From Dysgonomonas sp. UBA5412 (GTDB taxonomy: Bacteria > Bacteroidota > Bacteroidia > Bacteroidales > Dysgonomonadaceae), in the NCBI GenBank assembly GCA_002409595.1, contig DHNQ01000029.1, forward strand, positions 400,839-464,838: DNA of 64,000 nucleotides, given 5' to 3'. Both the position numbers and the translations under genes were made by a program. Below the pieces are notes generated by a model, which worked only from the letters and a program-made list of their open reading frames with translations, did not search any database and was not told the origin of the DNA. Positions 9,001 through 17,758 of this stretch are shown here, piece after piece; position 1 is the stretch's first letter, and every line of letters begins with the position of its first letter.

Positions 9001-10303
9001 TATCTTGTCCTCCGATGTCTAACACGAAGGAAACATTAGGGTCTACATATTGAGCTCCCGATAGATGGGCGATTGTTTCCACAATGCCATAATCAAGTCC
9101 TAGAGCCGATTTCATCAAGTCTTCACCATACCCCGTTGCTGCCGAGGAAAGAAACTTTACTTTCACCCCTTTTTCTTCTGCCTGCTGAAAGAACAGACTA
9201 AGTCCTTCCATTACTTTTTTAAGAGGGTTGCCTTCGTTATTTCCGTAGAACTTATAAATAATATTGGCATCGGTATCCATCACGACAACTTTTGATGTTG
9301 TAGAACCGGAGTCGATACCTAAAAAACATTCTACATTCTTGTCCTCACCAAGCTCTCGGAATTGAAGCGTTTTTATATTTCGGTTAGCATCCCATGCAAT
9401 GTATTCCAGTTCATCGTTAAATAAAGGAGTTAACGCCTCGGAATGATTGGACGATGTAGATATATTTAATTTAGTAATTAAGTTTTTCAGATCGAACAAA
9501 ACTTCCTTATCATTTTTATATAAAGCTGCTCCCCATGCCGGAAAGAATTCGCCATTCTGAGGAACTATAAAATCTGAGTCCGTCAACTTCAACACATCAC
9601 GAAACGATCTTCGTAGAGCCGGAATAAAGGTCAGCGGACCTCCGATGCACAGTATTTTAGGGACAACATCACAACCTCTAGCCAAAGTAGTTACCGATTG
9701 CAGTGCCACAGCATGTAGAATAGAGGCAGAAATATCCGACACAGAAATATTGCGACTGATCAGATTCTGTACATCTGTCTTAGCAAACACGCCGCATCGG
9801 GAAGCGATGGGATATATTTTTTCGTAATTAAGAGCTTTTTCGCCCAATTCGTTGACCGAAATATTCATCAAGCTCGCCATCTGGTCTATAAAGGCTCCTG
9901 TACCTCCGGCACAACTCCCATTCATACGAATATCAGGATGCTTACCTTCACTAAAGAAAACCATTTTGGCATCCTCCCCTCCTAAGTCTATAAGAGTATG
10001 AGCTTCTGTATAGGCATTTTTCACAACCTCAACGGCAGCGACAACCTCTTGAACGAATGGTATCCCCACACGTTCTCCGATTCCCATACCGGCAGAACCG
10101 GAAATATTAATTTCAAATTGCGTACCGGAATATTGAGTTTGTACTTTTTCTAATTCCGTAACCAAAGTTTGTTGTATGTTTGCCTGATGACGGCAATATG
10201 ATTTATGGACTATCTGAGAGTGATTGTCCAAAATGACAATCTTTACGGTGGTTGACCCCACATCGATTCCCATTCTATACTGTTGTTGTCCGTTATTCAT
10301 CAT
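6050..10303 (-). CDS. 2-hydroxyacyl-CoA dehydratase activase-related protein (2 x BadF/BadG/BcrA/BcrD ATPase + DUF2229-type C-terminus)
   Basis: Two ASKHA modules ('GIDVGSTT...DLGGED...CAGGTG...SRCGVF' and 'GIDSGSTT...DIGGQD...CSAGCG...SRCTVF'), 'CKGCTNLC', then 'SDNICFP', 'FGCGPD', 'NEVCYP' and 'QPFGCIANH'. Confidence 0.85.
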   Translation of the reverse strand: MMNNGQQQYRMGIDVGSTTVKIVILDNHSQIVHKSYCRHQANIQQTLVTELEKVQTQYSGTQFEINISGSAGMGIGERVGIPFVQEVVAAVEVVKNAYTEAHTLIDLGGEDAKMVFFSEGKHPDIRMNGSCAGGTGAFIDQMASLMNISVNELGEKALNYEKIYPIASRCGVFAKTDVQNLISRNISVSDISASILHAVALQSVTTLARGCDVVPKILCIGGPLTFIPALRRSFRDVLKLTDSDFIVPQNGEFFPAWGAALYKNDKEVLFDLKNLITKLNISTSSNHSEALTPLFNDELEYIAWDANRNIKTLQFRELGEDKNVECFLGIDSGSTTSKVVVMDTDANIIYKFYGNNEGNPLKKVMEGLSLFFQQAEEKGVKVKFLSSAATGYGEDLMKSALGLDYGIVETIAHLSGAQYVDPNVSFVLDIGGQDIKSIFINNGLISNIELNEACSAGCGSFLQNFASTMNMELSDFARAACLAKYPSDLGSRCTVFMNSKVKQSLRENAGNDDIAAGLAYSVVKNCLFKVLKISNLNMLGNHIVVQGGTFRNDAVYRALEMLSGKTVSSTDHPELMGALGAALYAQRLWQKTKKETSFSGEQALFDLSSIDSKELTCKGCTNLCSVLRFKFNNGNISYAGNKCEKVFYNKNNDRKEGYNAFDRKNKILFNHPVNADNIERGRTIGIPRVLNMFDNYPFWHTLFTECGFNVRLSPESTFSLYQKGVGGVMSDNICFPAKLVHGHILSLIEAKVDRIFYPIVPKEEKEFGQASNSFNCPVVSGYPDVIQSSIDPANRHGIAYDEPVITFSSDKALRNGCFTYLSGLGVSKDRFEAAFQKALAVRGGLKKELHDYQKELLDKAVESGELTFVVAGRPYHADPLIHQKVGQILSDLGVTVLTDDVFRKPESAGFSKLNIISQWSYPNRVVQAAMEAAKLPQNIQLIQLNSFGCGPDSFFMDETRDILKAVGKNITVLRIDEIASPGSIRLRLRSLVESLKAVKSLDVVSAKQYQGYSVPYKKEKDHNKTILIPWLCDFLSPFAPALGELMGLKVANLPKSNKVSADLGLMYGNNEVCYPSTLVLGDIINTLQSGQYDVKDIVLAITQTGGQCRATNYIAQIKNGLLNAGFNDIPVIALSSGETYQNGESDFAMDWKKVAKIAIPLVLYGDGLQQMHGSISVRERKEGASQAIFDFYIERGIDAVRANNPKVLFRLLKEAVDDFNNIPIHDKEYSKVGLIGEIFVKYNNYAQANISEWLRSKNVEVSTPPLLDFLMQFFVNSKVNVANGLEEESIFSKTLKPLIWWYINGKVKKSEKILSAFKFYEPSESIYAKAESASEVLNLSNQFGEGWLIPGEIAHYARKGVNKVVCLQPFGCIANHIVAKGVEKRIKEIYPNMNILYLDIDGGIAEVNLQNRLHFMI

Positions 10304-10312
10304 CTTGTAGTC

Positions 10313-10966
10313 TTAATTTGTATGGTTATCACAAGGTTTCAATGCATTGATTGTAAATTCTACCACATATTTCTCGTGATTGGCAATCAATGTATTATAT
10401 GTATTATATGGAATTTCCATTAGTGTCATCGCCAGATTTCCAAACATGAAAGGAAACATGCACATCGACAGCATATTTAATAAGAAATCGGCGGCAGGTG
10501 TATTGCGGATTGTACCTTTTGCTATTTCGTCCTCGATCCGTTGTTCTATTTTTGAAAACGAATTGTATGGATTTCGTTTCTTTATACGCTGAGTCAATCC
10601 TTCCGGATTCAAACTCACTTCGTTAAGAATAAAAGCCGCAATTTGCGGATACTCAAATAATAATTCGTAATACGTATGTATCCAAGTTTCGATCAATTCA
10701 AAGAAAGGCAAGTCTGAAGTTATCGTATCAAAAATTCTTTTGGTAAATATATCCAAAGCATCCTCAAAGATGATTTCGAATAATTTATACTTGGACTGAT
10801 AATAATAATTTACCATTGCCACATTTGTGCCGGATGCCTTAGCAATATCCCGTACACTCGTTCCTTTAAAACCATTCTTGATAAAAAGTTTTTGAGCTTC
10901 GATAAGTATCTTCTGCTTAACTTCCACAGAATGATTTGTTTCTAGTACATCTTTTTCACTAAACAT
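10313..10966 (-). CDS. TetR/AcrR family regulator, co-transcribed with the activase-like gene
   Basis: 'ILIEAQKLFIKNGFKGTSVRDIAKASGTNVAMVNYYYQSK' TetR HTH; 9-nt gap to the downstream gene. Confidence 0.92.
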   Translation of the reverse strand: MFSEKDVLETNHSVEVKQKILIEAQKLFIKNGFKGTSVRDIAKASGTNVAMVNYYYQSKYKLFEIIFEDALDIFTKRIFDTITSDLPFFELIETWIHTYYELLFEYPQIAAFILNEVSLNPEGLTQRIKKRNPYNSFSKIEQRIEDEIAKGTIRNTPAADFLLNMLSMCMFPFMFGNLAMTLMEIPYNTYNTLIANHEKYVVEFTINALKPCDNHTN

Positions 10967-11029
10967 GTGTTCTAAACAGTTGTTTAAACAGCAAAATTAA
11001 AAAAGAAATCAAAACTAAACAAGTGTTTA
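10960..11029. promoter_or_regulatory. Three TAAACA-N2-TGTTTA palindromes (putative TetR operators) around the promoter
   Basis: TAAACAGTTGTTTA at 10973-10986, TAAACAAGTGTTTA at 11016-11029, and degenerate TAAACATGTGTTCT at 10960-10973. The -7 element TAATTTTG (minus strand, 10992-10999) lies between the two perfect copies. Confidence 0.7.
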
Positions 11030-11087
11030 AGTATTGATTTCTTTTTTTAATTATATTTTTAAGAATTCAGAAAACTGAGATTGTTTC

Positions 11088-11834
11088 TTAAAACTTAAGC
11101 AAATCCAGAGCTTTTTCCATATCCTCAGGCGTATCTATACCTATCGTTTCTATATCTGTGTAGCCTACTTTTACTCGGTATCCATTTTCAATCCATCGAA
11201 GCTGCTCCAAGGATTCGGCTTTCTCCAATGATGATTGGGGTAAGGCTGTTATTTCAGACAATACATCTGTTTTATATGCATACATGCCGATATGCTTATA
11301 AAAGGTATGTCGATCTAACCACTCGGTATGATGTACATCTCGAATATAAGGTATGATGGAACGGCTAAAATATACGGCTTCGTCATTCTTATTGATAACC
11401 ACCTTCGGTGAGTTTGGATTGAACAACACTTCGAAACCATCTTCTTTTCTAAAAGGTTTTACCAAAGTGGCTAACCTTACTTTTTTGTCTGTAAAACAGT
11501 CTTTGATAGCCTCTATTTGTTGCGGTTGAATAAAGGGTTCGTCCCCTTGTATGTTAATAATGACATCAAAGTCGCCGGTTATTTTGGAAAATGCTTCTTG
11601 TATCCGATCCGTTCCGCTTCTATGCTCGGTGGAAGTCATTACGGCTTTTCCACCAAAAGCTTCAACCGCATCAAAAATACGGGAGTCGTCGGTAGCCACC
11701 CAAACTTCGTCAACTGATTTTTTCACTTGTTCATAAACGCGTTGTATCATCGGCTTGCCTTTCATATCAGCTAAAGGCTTGCCCGGAAAGCGGGAGGAGG
11801 CATAACGAGCCGGAATAATTGCTATAAACTTCAT
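11088..11834 (-). CDS. kdsB: 3-deoxy-manno-octulosonate cytidylyltransferase
   Basis: 'IIPARYASSRFPGKPLA', 'HRSGTDR', 'NIQGDEP', 'ESLEQLRW'. Start moved to ATG 11834 (ORF track 11915). Confidence 0.96.
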   Translation of the reverse strand: MKFIAIIPARYASSRFPGKPLADMKGKPMIQRVYEQVKKSVDEVWVATDDSRIFDAVEAFGGKAVMTSTEHRSGTDRIQEAFSKITGDFDVIINIQGDEPFIQPQQIEAIKDCFTDKKVRLATLVKPFRKEDGFEVLFNPNSPKVVINKNDEAVYFSRSIIPYIRDVHHTEWLDRHTFYKHIGMYAYKTDVLSEITALPQSSLEKAESLEQLRWIENGYRVKVGYTDIETIGIDTPEDMEKALDLLKF

Positions 11835-11941
11835 GTTTTTGATTGTTATAAAGTTGAAGACAAATTTAAGGAATAAGAACTCCAAATTAAAAGATATAAG
11901 CTGCTTTATTTCCAAAAATGGAGCGTATATTTGTACACATT

Positions 11942-12313
11942 ATGAATAAGGTATTACTTAGTATAGGAACAAATACTGACAGAGAGGTCAATTTGGCTCA
12001 TTGTCACGAATTACTTAATAATATATTTGACGAAATACATTATTCGCAGACTTCTATAACGGAACCTTACGGGCATAAGTATAAAAACGACTTCCTTAAT
12101 CAATTAGCCATTGCTTATTCCGAAAAAGACAAAGACTCGATTTATCAACTGCTAAAAGATACCGAAAAAAAGATGGGAAGAAAGACAACTGACAAGGATA
12201 CGGGGGTGGTTGTCATCGACATTGATCTGGTAATATGGAATGAGGAAGTGTTAAAGCCATCAGATATATCCCGCAGTTATATTGCAGATCTTTTGCCAAC
12301 ACTAAATATATAG
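11942..12313 (+). CDS. folK: HPPK (2-amino-4-hydroxy-6-hydroxymethyldihydropteridine diphosphokinase), short form
   Basis: 'VLLSIGTN', 'FLNQ', 'E..MGR', 'IDIDL'. Likely start ATG 11942. Confidence 0.75.
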   Translation: MNKVLLSIGTNTDREVNLAHCHELLNNIFDEIHYSQTSITEPYGHKYKNDFLNQLAIAYSEKDKDSIYQLLKDTEKKMGRKTTDKDTGVVVIDIDLVIWNEEVLKPSDISRSYIADLLPTLNI

Positions 12314-13183
12314 GCTATTCGGGTTTCCTTTCCACAAACTATTCTGTATCTTTTCCAAGACAGCCTCACTATTATCTGTAAATTTTCGGGCAAAGTAGGG
12401 AAAACGCTTCCCATATTCGTCGTTAAATTCAATATGGTCTTTCAGGAAATCGACATGCCTTTCTTCTATCACAGCCGGAGGGACAGCAACTTCCCAATCG
12501 GTATAGGTAAGGCTTGATGCTACATTATCCAGAAAAGGAGAATTGCCTATTATGGTTTGAAAAAAGGCCTCGTCAGGAACTAATGTATGTTTAAAGAACT
12601 CAATATATCGCTTATCTTCATCAATCGTTTTTAATATATAATCTACACATTCCCGAGTGAGGGCAAACCACTGAGTTCCTGCATATACAGTAAAAGGTGC
12701 GGTACGTTTGACATTCAATTTCTTCAACAACACTTCGAGTAAAAACTTAGGATTATAAAGCTTCAGATTGCGACGTTCGAAGTTAAAATAGTAATATTGA
12801 TAACGTTCAACGGGTTTAAAGGGAACGGGAACGGGAGCTAAGTCTATATATTCTTTTTTTTGTTGCAGCAAATCGAGAAGAAATTGCTTGCTTCTGATAG
12901 GGTAATCGACTCCGCTAAGCAGGATATAATAATCGGCATCAGAAAAGTGCGAAACCCCATATCTGAGTAGAGCTAAAGAGGCTTCTATCATAGAATATCC
13001 ACCCCACTTTATATCAATATGCTGAGGAATAATATGCACATTAGTATATTCGGGCATATAATTGACGTCAGACTTTTTGTCTATATGTATATAAAAGCAA
13101 TCGTCGGATCTATACAACGCTTCAATTAAGCGATCTAAATGCCTGAAATTATTATGAGCCAGTATTAAATAACATATCTTCAT
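12302..13183 (-). CDS. Core-2/I-branching-type glycosyltransferase (GT14-like)
   Basis: 'YLILAH', 'FYIHIDKK', 'WGGYSMIEA', 'LLSGVDYP', 'GTQWFAL', 'PDEAFFQT', 'FARKF'. Likely start ATG 13183. Confidence 0.85.
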   Translation of the reverse strand: MKICYLILAHNNFRHLDRLIEALYRSDDCFYIHIDKKSDVNYMPEYTNVHIIPQHIDIKWGGYSMIEASLALLRYGVSHFSDADYYILLSGVDYPIRSKQFLLDLLQQKKEYIDLAPVPVPFKPVERYQYYYFNFERRNLKLYNPKFLLEVLLKKLNVKRTAPFTVYAGTQWFALTRECVDYILKTIDEDKRYIEFFKHTLVPDEAFFQTIIGNSPFLDNVASSLTYTDWEVAVPPAVIEERHVDFLKDHIEFNDEYGKRFPYFARKFTDNSEAVLEKIQNSLWKGNPNSLYI

Positions 13184-13267
13184 CTGAGGGAAAAGCTTTT
13201 CACAAAAGTATATAAAAAAAGCCATCATATACAATGACAGCTTTTTTCATATATTGAGAATCGTTGA

Positions 13268-15205
13268 TTAACGTTTTCTTTTTGTACTATTTGTTTTATT
13301 TTTCTCTTTCAGCTGTTGTTGTTGAATGCGTTGAGCTTCTTCGAGACGAGCCATAAAACCTGATTTCTTTTTAGGTTTTGCTTTATTAGCTTCTAGCTTA
13401 GCTAACACTTTGTCTTCGTTAATAATATAACGGAATCCAATAGTCAACAAGATTGTGATCAACAGAGATAGGAAATAATAATATGTAAGCCCTGATGGAT
13501 AATCATTCAATACAAACAAGAACACTAAAGGCATCAGATACATCATCCATTTCATACCCGGCATCTGTTGTTGTCCGGTATTGGTCATCTCCATATTAAA
13601 CTTTGTGTAGATAATGTTAGTCACAGTCATCAGTATACAGAACAAACTAATATGTGTTCCGATTAATGGAATATGATTTTTCCACTCGATGATAGCATCA
13701 TAAGTAGAAAGGTCGGTAGCCCAAAGGAAGCTTTGCTGACGCAACTCTATTGCATTCGGGAAGAATGAGAATAAAGCAATCAGGATAGGCATTTGCAATA
13801 GTAGTGGCACACACCCACTCATCGGGTTAACTCCAGCCTTATTATACAGAGCCATCGTTTCTCGTTGCTTCTCCATAGCCTGTTCTTGCTTAGGATATTT
13901 CGCCCCTATTTCTTCAACCTGAGGTCGTAGCACCCGCATCTTGGCAGATGACATAAAGGACTTGTATGTCAGTGGTGATATTACAAGCTTAACGATTATT
14001 GTCAATAGCAATATAATGATACCCATCGACAGACCTGTTCCTTTCAACAGATTAAAGATTGGTATTACAAAATATTGATTCACCCAGCGGAAAAGTGTCC
14101 AACCCAGTGGAACTAGTTTATCCAAATCAAGTTGATGATTTGCATCACTAATATGATCGTCATACCCTTTCAGCAAGGAGAAAGACATTGGTCCGAGATA
14201 GAAAGTAAATCCGGCTTTGACAGAGCCTGATGTCATATCCATCTGTGCAGGAGCATATATTTTAGCTTCGAATGCTTTTAGATATTCACTATTTTCGTCA
14301 GTAACAAGAGCTTTAGAATCTAACAATGCTGTTTCTATCTTATCATCAGCAATAAGGATCGGCGAAAAAAATTGATTCTTAAATGCAATCCATTTAGCAG
14401 GCTCTTTTACTTCTACTTCTTCATTTTTATCACTGCTTAATTCTTTCACATCTCCTCCGAGATACTTATAGCATAAGTGAGAATAACGTTGTTCGTTCTT
14501 TACACTTTTCTCTTGTCTACGCAACTTCTGCGCCCAATCGAGTTCTATAATATCAGCTTTTTCACGATTTAGCATCGATCCCAACCCTACCAGATTGATA
14601 TCATATTTAAGCATATAATCGTTTTCAGCTAATTTATAGATAAAATCTACGTGTTGATTCGCCGAATAAGAGAATCTCATTATCAAAGAATTATCACTAT
14701 CTGATTTTATTGGAGTAAATATCAGCTCATTCGTGCTGAGAATCTTATTTTCTTTGTTAGTCAACAGAAGCGAAAAATCAGCATCATTATTAAAGAGGTA
14801 TAATGAATCTCCGTCGTAACGAGAATACTCTTTCAATTGCACACTGACCATCTTTCCTCCTTTTGAAGAAAAAACGACCTTCAATTTATTATTCTCAAGA
14901 GTTACAAGTTCTTCAGCTCTCGAATTAATGGTTTGTAGCGAGTCGGTAATCGTAGAAGCCGAGTCTTTTTGTTGAATCGGTGCTGCAAAGAAACTATCAA
15001 CAATATTCTCTTCGTTATTAGTTGTGGAATCTTTCCGATCGGCAAGTTTTTGTTCTCTTTCTAGAGTTTGTACATATTCCAAGGAATCTCTCCTAAACTG
15101 TTCTTTTTGTTTCGCTACCTCTTCGGCAGAAGGTCTGCTCAACAAGGTAAATCCGATGATTACAGCTGCAATAAGCACAAATCCGGTAATCGTATTCTTG
15201 TCCAT
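13268..15205 (-). CDS. yidC: Membrane protein insertase YidC
   Basis: N-terminal TM, large periplasmic domain, 'SSAKMRVLRP', 'GVNPMSGCVPLLLQMPIL', 'PSGLTYYY'. Confidence 0.96.
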   Translation of the reverse strand: MDKNTITGFVLIAAVIIGFTLLSRPSAEEVAKQKEQFRRDSLEYVQTLEREQKLADRKDSTTNNEENIVDSFFAAPIQQKDSASTITDSLQTINSRAEELVTLENNKLKVVFSSKGGKMVSVQLKEYSRYDGDSLYLFNNDADFSLLLTNKENKILSTNELIFTPIKSDSDNSLIMRFSYSANQHVDFIYKLAENDYMLKYDINLVGLGSMLNREKADIIELDWAQKLRRQEKSVKNEQRYSHLCYKYLGGDVKELSSDKNEEVEVKEPAKWIAFKNQFFSPILIADDKIETALLDSKALVTDENSEYLKAFEAKIYAPAQMDMTSGSVKAGFTFYLGPMSFSLLKGYDDHISDANHQLDLDKLVPLGWTLFRWVNQYFVIPIFNLLKGTGLSMGIIILLLTIIVKLVISPLTYKSFMSSAKMRVLRPQVEEIGAKYPKQEQAMEKQRETMALYNKAGVNPMSGCVPLLLQMPILIALFSFFPNAIELRQQSFLWATDLSTYDAIIEWKNHIPLIGTHISLFCILMTVTNIIYTKFNMEMTNTGQQQMPGMKWMMYLMPLVFLFVLNDYPSGLTYYYFLSLLITILLTIGFRYIINEDKVLAKLEANKAKPKKKSGFMARLEEAQRIQQQQLKEKNKTNSTKRKR

Positions 15206-15238
15206 CTATAGTTTAAAATAAATTTATATATTCCTTTA

Positions 15239-16849
15239 TTATTTCTTCTTATTATCTACAACCGCTTTTACAAAACTTAAAAACAAAGGATTGGGAGAAA
15301 CAACCGTACTATTGTATTCGGGATGGAACTGAACTCCTAAATACCATTTTTTACCTTGAAGTTCTACAACCTCAACCAGATCCATATCCGGGTTGATACC
15401 GGTACATTTCATTCCATTCTTCTCAAAATCTTCTCTGTAATCGCCATTAAATTCGAAACGGTGACGATGACGTTCCTCTATCATTTTCTTTCCGTAAGCT
15501 TTATAAACGAGAGAACCTTTTTCCAATTCACATTTATAAGCTCCAAGGCGCATAGTTCCGCCCATATTGGTAACGTTCTTTTGCTCTTCCATAAGGTCTA
15601 TAACCTTAAATGGCGTATGAGGATTCATTTCAGTAGAATTTGCATCTTCTAATCCCAATACATTACGGGCAAATTCGATTACCATACATTGCATACCCAA
15701 ACAAATTCCAAATGTAGGAACATCTTTTTCTCGTGCATATTTCAGAGCAACTAACTTACCTTCCAGCCCTCGCTGGCCAAAACCGGGAGCAATAATTATG
15801 CCATCCATTGAAGATAAAGTTTTTTCGACATTATCTTCGGTCAACTTGTCAGATAAGATAAAGTGAAGATCTAGTTTTCTATCATTATATATAGCTGCCT
15901 GCAACAATGATTCGTTTATAGATTTGTAAGCGTCTGGCAACTCTACGTATTTGCCCACAATAGCTATACGAATAGTTTCTTTTGCGTGTTTTTTCTTGTC
16001 CAAGAAGCCTCTCCAATCTTTCATTTCCGGCTTCTCATCTATTGGCATACCAAGCTTGCGCAACACGATCTCGTCCATATTTTGCTCCTGCATTTTCAAA
16101 GGAACTTCATATATTGTCGATACATCTACTGATTGAACAACGGCATCGACTTCTACATTACAAAATAGCGCTACTTTCTTTAATATATCTTTGTTAAGCG
16201 GATGTTCGGTACGCAACACCAACATATCAGGCTGCACCCCTTCGGATTGAAGCTGTTTCACTGAATGTTGAGTAGGTTTAGTCTTCACCTCTTTGGCTGC
16301 GGCTATATATGGTACATAAGTAAGATGTACACACAGGCAGTTTTTACCCAATTCCCAGCGCAATTGGCGAACGCTCTCGATGAAAGGCAGAGACTCAATA
16401 TCTCCGACCGTTCCACCTATTTCGGTTATAACAAAATCATAATTATATTTTGTACCGAGCATCTTTATATTACGCTTGATTTCGTCGGTAATATGCGGTA
16501 CGATCTGAACTGTTTTTCCAAGATAATCTCCTTTACGTTCTTTATTTATCACATTCTGATAAATACGTCCGGTAGTAATATTATTATCCTTGTGCGTCGG
16601 CTGATTAAGGAAGCGCTCATAGTGTCCTAAATCCAAGTCGGCCTCATGACCATCAACTGTTACATAACATTCTCCATGTTCGTATGGGTTTAATGTTCCC
16701 GGGTCGATATTGATATATGGATCTAGTTTTTGAATAGTTACTTTATACCCTCTTGCTTGTAAAAGCTTACCTAATGATGAGGCGATAATTCCTTTCCCCA
16801 ACGAAGATATAACACCTCCTGTTACAAATATATACTTTGTATTAGCCAC
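15239..16849 (-). CDS. pyrG: CTP synthase
   Basis: 'FVTGGVISSLGKG', 'KTKPTQHSV', 'GICLGMQ', 'QFHPE'. Confidence 0.98.
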   Translation of the reverse strand: MANTKYIFVTGGVISSLGKGIIASSLGKLLQARGYKVTIQKLDPYINIDPGTLNPYEHGECYVTVDGHEADLDLGHYERFLNQPTHKDNNITTGRIYQNVINKERKGDYLGKTVQIVPHITDEIKRNIKMLGTKYNYDFVITEIGGTVGDIESLPFIESVRQLRWELGKNCLCVHLTYVPYIAAAKEVKTKPTQHSVKQLQSEGVQPDMLVLRTEHPLNKDILKKVALFCNVEVDAVVQSVDVSTIYEVPLKMQEQNMDEIVLRKLGMPIDEKPEMKDWRGFLDKKKHAKETIRIAIVGKYVELPDAYKSINESLLQAAIYNDRKLDLHFILSDKLTEDNVEKTLSSMDGIIIAPGFGQRGLEGKLVALKYAREKDVPTFGICLGMQCMVIEFARNVLGLEDANSTEMNPHTPFKVIDLMEEQKNVTNMGGTMRLGAYKCELEKGSLVYKAYGKKMIEERHRHRFEFNGDYREDFEKNGMKCTGINPDMDLVEVVELQGKKWYLGVQFHPEYNSTVVSPNPLFLSFVKAVVDNKKK

Positions 16850-17101
16850 GACTTTTCGTTTTATATTTTTTTAAATTCCAAAAAGAAAGGACAAAAGTAC
16901 AAAAAATATTTGGATACATGCCTCAAAAATGAGGTGTTACAAACCTAGTGAAATCAAAATATTTATTAACAGTCACTGCATACCACTTTTAATAGGAAAG
17001 ATACTTTTATTTCGAATGATGAGCCAACTCTTTTTGTAGATGTAAAAAGGAATTCAACCCATAAAAACATATAAAATCTTATGTAATAAATATTTTTATA
17101 C

Positions 17102-17133
17102 TAAATTTGCACACTTGAAATACATGTGTGCAA
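17102..17133 (+). promoter_or_regulatory. Promoter -7 element overlapped by palindrome TTGCACAC-N11-GTGTGCAA
   Basis: TAAATTTG at 17102-17109; palindrome arms at 17107-17114 and 17126-17133, 8 nt before the TetR ATG. Confidence 0.6.
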
Positions 17134-17141
17134 TTTAAGAT

Positions 17142-17732
17142 ATGGCCATAAACAAAACTCGAAATATTCTGATTGATGTAGCACGCCAGTTGTTTGCAAA
17201 ACTCGGTGTCGACAACACAACTATGAACGATATAGCTGTAGCCTCACATAAGGGACGACGTACTCTTTACACATATTTCAACAATAAGAACGAGGTATAT
17301 CAGGCAGTGTTGGAAACGGAATTGGATCAGATGTATCACGCTTTACAGTCTGTTGCCAATAAAAATCTTCCGGCAGACGAGAAATTACTTTTATTTTTCT
17401 ATACACGCTTCGATGCTATAAAAAATGTTGTAGCGAGAAACGGTACGTTGAAAGCTGATTTCTTTCGTGATATATGGCGTGTGCAAAATGTACGTAAAGC
17501 CTTCGATCGAAAAGAAATTCAGGTACTTAAAGATATATTAAATAAGGGAGTAGAAGAGGGCACATTCGAGATGCCCGACACTCAGGCTACTGCCGAAATT
17601 CTCCATCATGCACTTAAAGGGCTTGAAGTTCCATACATACGGGGGCAGATACGTGCCGAAAGCCTGCAAACCGAATCGCAAAGAGAGAATATTGCTTACC
17701 TTATCTTTGAAGGTATAAAAAAGAAGAAATAA
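17142..17732 (+). CDS. TetR/AcrR family regulator upstream of fabG
   Basis: 'LIDVARQLFAKLGVDNTTMNDIAVASHKGRRTLYTYF' HTH. Confidence 0.92.
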   Translation: MAINKTRNILIDVARQLFAKLGVDNTTMNDIAVASHKGRRTLYTYFNNKNEVYQAVLETELDQMYHALQSVANKNLPADEKLLLFFYTRFDAIKNVVARNGTLKADFFRDIWRVQNVRKAFDRKEIQVLKDILNKGVEEGTFEMPDTQATAEILHHALKGLEVPYIRGQIRAESLQTESQRENIAYLIFEGIKKKK

Positions 17733-17758
17733 TCTAAATATATTAAATTATATAAATT

